DNA from: the human T2T-CHM13v2.0 reference genome, Homo sapiens
Direction: 5' to 3'
Assembly: GCA_009914755.4 (NCBI GenBank)
Contig: CP086569.2
Span: forward strand, 27,872,001-27,936,000
Length of the DNA: 64,000 bases
Below the pieces are notes generated by a model. That model saw only the letters and a list, made by a program, of their open reading frames with translations, was not told the DNA's origin and searched no databases. Below, in pieces: positions 55,593 to 64,000 of this stretch. Position 1 is the stretch's first letter. Every line of letters begins with the position of its first letter. Position numbers and translations under genes: made by a program.

Positions 55593-58500
55593 ATGCCCTT
55601 GAATTAAATGGACTGGAATGGAATGGACTCGAACAGAGTGGAATGGAAAGTGTTGAGATAGAATGGAATGGACTCCTTTGGAATGGTCTAGTATGCAATG
55701 CAATGGACTGGCAGGGAATCAAAAGGAATGTAATCGAATGGATTGGACTGGAATGCAATGGACTCGAATAGATTGGAAACGGAATGCAAAGGAATGGAAT
55801 GGAATAGTATGGAATGGAATGGAAAGGAATGGAGTGGAATAGACTAGAGTGGAATGGAATGGACTCGAAAGCAATGGACTGGAATGGAACTTTCTTGAAT
55901 GGACTGGAATCAAACGGAATGGAATGCAATGCAATCAAATGGCATGGAATAAAATAGAATGAAAGAGAATCAAATGGAATTGAATCGAATGCAATCGAAT
56001 GGATTGGAAAGGAATAGAATGGAATGGAATGGAATTGACTCAAATGGAATGGACTAGAATGGAATGGATTCGAATGGAAGGCAAAGGAATGGAATCTATT
56101 GGAATGGACAGCAATGGAATGGAAAGGAAGGGATTGGAATGGACTCGAATGGAATGGACTGCAATAGAAAGGATTCGAATGGAATGAAAAAGAATTGAAT
56201 GGAATAGAACAGAATGGAATCAAATCGAATGAAATGGAATGGAATAGAAAGGAATGGAATGAAATGGAATGGAAAGGATTCGAATGGAATGCAATCGAAT
56301 GGAATGGAATCGAACGGAATGGAATAAAATGGAAGAAAACTGGCAAGAAATGGAATCGAAATGAATGGAGTGTTATGGAACGGACTCAAAAGGAATTGAA
56401 TGTAATAGAATGGAGTGGAGTGGACTCGAATATAATGGACTGGAATGGAATGAAATCACATGGAATGGGAACGAATGGAATGGAATGGAAAGGAATGGAA
56501 TCGAATGGAAAGGAATCGAATGGAAGGGAATGAAATTGAATCAACAGGAATGGAAGGGAATAGAATAGACGGTAATGGAATGGACTTGAATAGAATGGAC
56601 ACGAATGCTCAAATTGAATGGACTCGAATGGAATGGAAACGAAAGGAATGTCATCGAATGGAATTGAATTGATTGGAATGAAATCGCATAGAATGGAGTG
56701 GAATCAAATGGAATTGAATCGAAAGGAAAGGAAGCGAATGGACTGAAATGAAATGGAATGGAATTGAATGGAAAGTAAAGCAATGGAATAGAATGGAACG
56801 AAATTTCACGGAATGGAATCAAACTGAATGGAATCAAATCAATGGAATATAATCAAATGGAATGGAAAGTAATTGAATGGAGTAGATGGGATTGGATGGG
56901 ATTGGAATGAAATGTACTGGAAAGGACTCGAATTTCATGAAACGGAATGGAATGAATTGGAACGGAATGGACTCGAAAGGAATGGAATGTCATGGAATGT
57001 CATCAAATGGAATGGCATCAAATGGAATGGAATCGAATGCAATGGAATGCTATGGAATGGAATGTAATGCATTGGAATGGAATGTCCTCTAATGGAATGG
57101 ATTCGACTGGAATGGAATCGAATATAATGGAGTCGAATGAAATGGAATTGAAAGGAATGGGATCGAATACAATGGAATATACTGGAATGTAACGTAATGA
57201 ACTCGAATGTAATTGACCTGAATGGAATATACATGAATGGAATGTAATCGAATGGAAAGTAATCCAAGGGAATAGAATCTAATGCAATAAAATCGACTCA
57301 GATAGAGTAGAATGTAATGGAATGGAGTGCAGTGCAATGGAATGGAATGGAATGGAATGCAATGGAATGGAATGGAATGGGATGGAATGGTATGGAATGG
57401 AATGGAATGGAATGGAATGGGATGGAATGGTATGGAATGGATAGTAATGGACTGGAATGAAATGGACTGGAAAGGAATGGACTCAAATTGAAAGGGCTCG
57501 AAAGGAATGGAGTCAAATGGAATGGTCTGGAATGGAATGAACACGAATGTAATGCAATCCAATAGAATGGAATCGAATGGCATGGAATATAAAGAAATGG
57601 AATCGAAGAGAATGGAATCAAACGGAATGGAATTGAATGGAATGGAATTGAATGGAATGGGAACGAATGGAGTGAAATTGTATGCAGTAGAAGAGAATAG
57701 AATGGAATGCAAGCGAAAGGAAAGGAATGGATTGGAATGGAATGGAATTCATTGGAATGGAAGGGAATGTAATGTAATGGACAGGCCTGGAATAAAGTGG
57801 AATGCTACGGTCTCGAATGGAATAAAAATGTATGGAATGGAATGCAATGAAACGGAATCGAATGTCATAGAATGTAATGGAATGCAAAAAAATGGACTCC
57901 AAAATCATTGACTGGAAAGGCTGGGTGTCGAAAGGAATTGACTCCAATGGAATGGAATCGAATGGAATGGAAGTGAATAGAATCGAACTAAATCGAATGG
58001 AATGGAATTGATAGGAACGGAATGGAAAGGAATGAAATGATTTGGCATGGAATGGAATCCAATGGCATCGAATGGAATGGAATGGAATGCAATGCAATGG
58101 AATGTATTAGAATGTAATGAACTTTAATGGAATGTACTCGAATGGATTCGACTGGAATGGAATGTTCTGGAAGTGAATGGACTCCAATGGAATGGATTGA
58201 AAAGGAATGGAATCGTACGGAATGGAATCTAATGGAATGGAATTAAATGGAAATGAATCAAATTGAATAGCACGGAATTGAATTGAATGGAATCGAATGC
58301 AATGGAATCTAATGAAACGGAAAGTAAAGGAATGGAATGGAATGGAATGGGCTGGAATGGAAAGGAATCGAAACGAATGGAATGGAATCGAACTGAGGAG
58401 ACTGGAATGGAATGCACTTCAACGGAAGGGAGTGTAATGGAAGGTTCTCGAAAAAAATGGAAACGAATGGAATGGAATTGAATGGAACGGAATAGAGTCG

Positions 58501-59166
58501 AATGGAATTGAATGGAATGGAATGGACTAGAGTGAAATGGAATCGAACCACAAGGAATGGACAGGAATAGAATGGTCTCGAATTGAATGGAATCGTATGG
58601 AATGGCATCAAACGGAATGGAATGGACAGCCACGGAATGGAATGCACTCGAATGCAATGGAGTCGAAACTAATGGACTGGAATAGAATGGACTCGACTGG
58701 TACGGACTCCAATGGAATGGAATCGAATGGAAGGGAATCGAACGGAATGGACTCGAAGGGAAAAGACTGCAATGGAAAGGTCTCGAATGGAATGGAAATT
58801 AATGGAATGGAATGGAATCGAATGAAATGGAGTCAAAAGGAATGGAATTGAATGGCAAGAAATCGAATGTAATGGAATCACAAGGAATTGATGTGAACGG
58901 AACGGAATGTAATGGAATCCAAAGGAATGGAATAGAATGGAATGGAATCGAATGGAAAGGACTCGAATGGAAATCACTCGAATAGAATGCAATTTAATAA
59001 AATAGGATGAAATGTAATGGAATGGAATGGAAAGGAATCGAAACGAAAGGAATGGAGACAGATGGAATGGAATGGAACAGAGAGCAATGGTATAGAATGG
59101 AATGGAATCATCTGGAATGGAATTGAATGGAATGGAATAATATGAAATGGAATGGAATGGAATGGA
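55593..59166 (+). repeat. HOR-B unit B7 (3574 bp), long form
   Basis: Anchor to anchor. The 45-bp duplication is present near 57,360-57,450. Confidence 0.85.
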
Positions 59167-62100
59167 ATGCCCTTGAATTAAATGGACTGGAATGGAATGG
59201 ACTCGAACAGAGTGGAATGGAAAGTGTTGAGATAGAATGGAATGGACTCCTTTGGAATGGTCTAGTATGCAATGCAATGGACTGGCAGGGAATCAAAAGG
59301 AATGTAATCGAATGGATTGGACTGGAATGCAATGGACTCGAATAGATTGGAAACGGAATGCAAAGGAATGGAATGGAATAGTATGGAATGGAATGGAAAG
59401 GAATGGAGTGGAATAGACTAGAGTGGAATGGAATGGACTCGAAAGCAATGGACTGGAATGGAACTTTCTTGAATGGACTGGAATCAAACGGAATGGAATG
59501 CAATGCAATCAAATGGCATGGAATAAAATAGAATGAAAGAGAATCAAATGGAATTGAATCGAATGGAATCGAATGGATTGGAAAGGAATAGAATGGAATG
59601 GAATGGAATTGACTCAAATGGAATGGACTAGAATGGAATGGATTCGAATGGAAGGCAAAGGAATGGAATCTATTGGAATGGACAGCAATGGAATGGAAAG
59701 GAAGGGATTGGAATGGACTCGAATGGAATGGACTGCAATAGAAAGGATTCGAATGGAATGAAAAAGAATTGAATGGAATAGAACAGAATGGAATCAAATC
59801 GAATGAAATGGAATGGAATAGAAAGGAATGGAATGAAATGGAATGGAAAGGATTCGAATGGAATGCAATCGAATGGAATGGAATCGAACGGAATGGAATA
59901 AAATGGAAGAAAACTGGCAAGAAATGGAATCGAAATGAATGGAGTGTTATGGAACGGACTCAAAAGGAATTGAATGTAATAGAATGGAGTGGAGTGGACT
60001 CGAATATAATGGACTGGAATGGAATGAAATCACATGGAATGGGAACGAATGGAATGGAATGGAAAGGAATGGAATCGAATGGAAAGGAATCGAATGGAAG
60101 GGAATGAAATTGAATCAACAGGAATGGAAGGGAATAGAATAGACGGTAATGGAATGGACTTGAATAGAATGGACACGAATGCTCAAATTGAATGGACTCG
60201 AATGGAATGGAAACGAAAGGAATGTCATCGAATGGAATTGAATTGATTGGAATGAAATCGCATAGAATGGAGTGGAATCAAATGGAATTGAATCGAAAGG
60301 AAAGGAAGCGAATGGACTGAAATGAAATGGAATGGAATTGAATGGAAAGTAAAGCAATGGAATAGAATGGAACGAAATTTCACGGAATGGAATCAAACTG
60401 AATGGAATCAAATCAATGGAATATAATCAAATGGAATGGAAAGTAATTGAATGGAGTAGATGGGATTGGATGGGATTGGAATGAAATGTACTGGAAAGGA
60501 CTCGAATTTCATGAAACGGAATGGAATGAATTGGAACGGAATGGACTCGAAAGGAATGGAATGTCATGGAATGTCATCAAATGGAATGGCATCAAATGGA
60601 ATGGAATCGAATGCAATGGAATGCTATGGAATGGAATGTAATGCATTGGAATGGAATGTCCTCTAATGGAATGGATTCGACTGGAATGGAATCGAATATA
60701 ATGGAGTCGAATGAAATGGAATTGAAAGGAATGGGATCGAATACAATGGAATATACTGGAATGTAACGTAATGAACTCGAATGTAATTGACCTGAATGGA
60801 ATGTACATGAATGGAATGTAATCGAATGGAAAGTAATCCAAGGGAATAGAATCTAATGCAATAAAATCGACTCAGATAGAGTAGAATGTAATGGAATGGA
60901 GTGCAGTGCAATGGAATGGAATGGAATGGAATGCAATGGAATGGAATGGAATGGGATGGAATGGTATGGAATGGAATGGAATGGAATGGAATGGGATGGA
61001 ATGGTATGGAATGGATAGTAATGGACTGGAATGAAATGGACTGGAAAGGAATGGACTCAAATTGAAAGGGCTCGAAAAGAATGGAGTCAAATGGAATGGT
61101 CTGGAATGGAATGAACACGAATGTAATGCAATCCAATAGAATGGAATCGAATGGCATGGAATATAAAGAAATGGAATCGAAGAGAATGGAAACAAACGGA
61201 ATGGAATTGAATGGAATGGAATTGAATGGAATGGGAACGAATGGAGTGAAATTGTATGCAGTAGAAGAGAATAGAATGGAATGCAAGCGAAAGGAAAGGA
61301 ATGGATTGGAATGGAATGGAATTCATTGGAATGGAAGGGAATGTAGTGTAATGGACAGGCCTGGAATAAAGTGGAATGCTACGGTCTCGAATGGAATAAA
61401 AATGTATGGAATGGAATGCAATGAAACGGAATCGAATGTCATAGAATGTAATGGAATGCAAAAAAATGGACTCCAAAATCATTGACTGGAAAGGCTGGGT
61501 GTCGAAAGGAATTGACTCCAATGGAATGGAATCGAATGGAATGGAAGTGAATAGAATCGAACTAAATCGAATGGAATGGAATTGATAGGAACGGAATGGA
61601 AAGGAATGAAATGATTTGGCATGGAATGGAATCGAATGGCATCGAATGGAATGGAATGGAATGCAATGCAATGGAATGTATTAGAATGTAATGAACTTTA
61701 ATGGAATGTACTCGAATGGATTCGACTGGAATGGAATGTTCTGGAAGTGAATGGACTCCAATGGAATGGATTGAAAAGGAATGGAATCGTACGGAATGGA
61801 ATCTAATGGAATGGAATTAAATGGAAATGAATCAAATTGAATAGCACGGAATTGAATTGAATGGAATCGAATGCAATGGAATCTAATGAAACGGAAAGGA
61901 AAGGAATGGAATGGAATGGAATGGGCTGGAATGGAAAGGAATCGAAACGAATGGAATGGAATCGAACTGAAGAGACTGGAATGGAATGCACTTCAATGGA
62001 AGGGAGTGTAATGGAAGGTTCTCGAAGAAAATGGAAACGAATGGAATGGAATTGAATGGAACGGAATAGAGTCGAATGGAATTGAATGGAATGGAATGGA

Positions 62101-62740
62101 CTAGAGTGAAATGGAATCGAACCACAAGGAATGGACAGGAATAGAATGGTCTCGAATTGAATGGAATCGTATGGAATGGCATCAAACGGAATGGAATGGA
62201 CAGCCACGGAATGGAATGCACTCGAATGCAATGGAGTCGAAACTAATGGACTGGAATAGAATGGACTCGACTGGTACGGACTCCAATGGAATGGAATCGA
62301 ATGGAAGGGAATCGAACGGAATGGACTCGAAGGGAAAAGACTGCAATGGAAAGGTCTCGAATGGAATGGAAATTAATGGAATGGAATGGAATCGAATGAA
62401 ATGGAGTCAAAAGGAATGGAATCGAATGGCAAGAAATCGAATGTAATGGAATCGCAAGGAATGGATGTGAACGGAACGGAATGGAATGGAATCCAAAGGA
62501 ATGGAATAGAATGGAATGGAATCGAATGGAAAGGACTCGAATGGAAATCACTCGAATAGAATGCAATTGAATAAAATAGGATCAAATGTAAAGGAATGGA
62601 ATGGAAAGGAATCGAAACGAAAGGAATGGAGACAGATGGAATGGAATGGAACAGAGAGCAATGGTATAGAATGGAATGGAATCATCTGGAATGGAATTGA
62701 ATGGAATGGAATAATATGAAATGGAATGGAATGGAATGGA
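59167..62740 (+). repeat. HOR-B unit B8 (3574 bp), long form
   Basis: Anchor to anchor. The 45-bp duplication is present near 60,930-61,020. Confidence 0.85.
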
Positions 62741-64000
62741 ATGCCCTTGAATTAAATGGACTGGAATGGAATGGACTCGAACAGAGTGGAATGGAAAGTG
62801 TTGAGATAGAATGGAATGGACTCCTTTGGAATGGTCTAGTATGCAATGCAATGGACTGGCAGGGAATCAAAAGGAATGTAATCGAATGGATTGGACTGGA
62901 ATGCAATGGACTCGAATAGATTGGAAACGGAATGCAAAGGAATGGAATGGAATAGTATGGAATGGAATGGAAAGGAATGGAGTGGAATAGACTAGAGTGG
63001 AATGGAATGGACTCGAAAGCAATGGACTGGAATGGAACTTTCTTGAATGGACTGGCATCAAACGGAATGGAATGCAATGCAATCAAATGGCATGGAATAA
63101 AATAGAATGAAAGAGAATCAAATGGAATTGAATCGAATGGAATCGAATGGATTGGAAAGGAATAGAATGGAATGGAATGGAATTGACTCAAATGGAATGG
63201 ACTAGAATGGAATGGATTCGAATGGAAGGCAAAGGAATGGAATCTATTGGAATGGACTGCAATGGAATGGAATGGAAGGGATTGGAATGGACTCGAATGG
63301 AATGGACTGCAATAGAAAGGATTCGAATGGAATGAAAAAGAATTGAATGGAATAGAACAGAATGGAATCAAATCGAATGAAATGGAATGGAATAGAAAGG
63401 AATGGAATGAAATGGAATAGAAAGGATTCGAATGGAATGCAATCGAATGGAATGGAATCGAACGGAATGGAATAAAATGGAAGCAAACTGGCAAGAAATG
63501 GAATCGAAATGAATGGAGTGTTATGGAACGGACTCAAAAGGAATTGAATGTAATAGAATGGAGTGGAGTGGACTCGAATATAATGGACTGCAATGGAATG
63601 AAATCACATGGAATGGGAACGAATGGAATGGAATGGAAAGGAATGGAATCGAATGGAAAGGAATCGAATGGAAGGGAATGAAATTGAATCAACAGGAATG
63701 GAAGGGAATAGAATAGACGGTAATGGAATGGACTCGAATAGAATGGACACGAATGCTCAAATTGAATGGACTCGAATGGAATGGAAACGAAAGGAATGTC
63801 ATCGAATGGAATTGAATCGATTGGAATAAAATCGCATAGAATAGAGTGGAATCAAATGGAATTGAATCGAAAGGAAAGGAAGCGAATGGACTGAAATGAA
63901 ATGGAATGGAATTGAATGGAAAGTAAAGCAATGGAATAGAATGGAACGAAATTTCACGGAATGGAATCAAACTGAATGGAATCAAATCAATGGAATATAA
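62741..64000 (+). repeat. HOR-B unit B9, truncated by the window end
   Basis: The anchor is at 62741. The sequence matches the start of B4-B8. Confidence 0.8.

Larger units (their letters stand above)
44961..59166 (+). repeat. Two copies of a ~7,103-bp two-unit (short+long) super-repeat: B4+B5 and B6+B7
   Basis: The anchor spacing 3529+3574 is repeated exactly. B4 and B6 are identical in all sampled translations, and B5 and B7 are near-identical with a few variant sites. Confidence 0.7.
31676..64000 (+). repeat. HSat3-type satellite, HOR family B, ~3.53-3.57-kb unit, ~9 copies, running off the window end. Possible DYZ1-like 3.56-kb repeat.
   Basis: The anchor 'atgccctt[a/g]aattaaatggactggaatggaatggactcgaacagagtggaa' is at 34314, 37848, 41392, 44961, 48490, 52064, 55593, 59167 and 62741. 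Spacings are 3534, 3544, 3569, 3529, 3574, 3529, 3574 and 3574. There is a single AGGCCT per unit with the same spacings. Confidence 0.9.

Noticed and set aside
153-63985. Numerous long ORFs on both strands (for example 26362..27816, 484 aa, and 18072..19514, 480 aa) that might be taken as repeat-containing proteins
   Set aside because: Translations are low-complexity pentapeptide periodic strings (IPFHS / MEWNG). They come from stop-free frames of GGAAT/ATTCC, overlap on both strands and recur with the satellite HOR period. They lack any start/stop context typical of genes and have no recognisable domains.
1-64000. A regular direct-repeat structure that could superficially suggest a CRISPR array or other prokaryotic repeat-spacer locus
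   Set aside because: There is no repeat/spacer alternation. Every base is repeat-derived, the hierarchy runs from 5-bp units up to multi-kb HORs, and the composition is classic eukaryotic satellite. No cas-like ORFs are present.
1-64000. Alpha-satellite / centromere core
   Set aside because: There is no 171-bp monomer periodicity and no CENP-B box-like 17-mer. The basic unit is a 5-bp GGAAT, which points to HSat3 and not to alpha satellite.
1-64000. HSat2 (the related but more degenerate pentamer-derived satellite) as the classification
   Set aside because: Long perfect (GGAAT)n tracts, up to about 12 copies, and the high overall pentamer purity fit HSat3 better than the more diverged HSat2. 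Definitive sub-family assignment needs a library search.

Overview
The whole 64-kb window is eukaryotic pentameric satellite DNA of the human Satellite III (HSat3) type: (GGAAT)n on the + strand, (ATTCC)n on the - strand. It is organised into two related tandem higher-order-repeat (HOR) arrays. No protein-coding gene, RNA gene, CRISPR array or interspersed transposable element is supportable, and I found no evidence for a novel protein-encoding or defence-type system.

Array A (about 1-31,675) has a ~2.76-kb unit in about 11.5 copies. It contains a near-identical homogenised block of five units, four of them with an exact 2,758-bp period.

Array B (about 31,676-64,000) has a ~3.53-3.57-kb unit in about 9 copies. 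Each unit carries a single AGGCCT (HaeIII/StuI) site, and a two-unit super-repeat of about 7.1 kb is visible. Array B is consistent with, but not proven to be, the classical Y-chromosome DYZ1 3.56-kb HaeIII repeat.

The two arrays share about 2 kb of homologous backbone and differ by an internal module swap. Family A has a ~0.45-kb (GGAGT)-rich module in the place where family B has a ~1.35-kb degenerate module. They meet at an out-of-register junction near 31.3-32.0 kb that creates a ~365-bp local duplication.

All ORFs in the six-frame track are artefacts, because GGAAT/ATTCC pentamers contain no stop codon in most frames. They give low-complexity 'MEWNG' and 'IPFHS' translations that repeat with the HOR period. 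What is worth a second look here is the repeat architecture: homogenisation blocks, module replacement, microsatellite-scale length polymorphism and the array junction.
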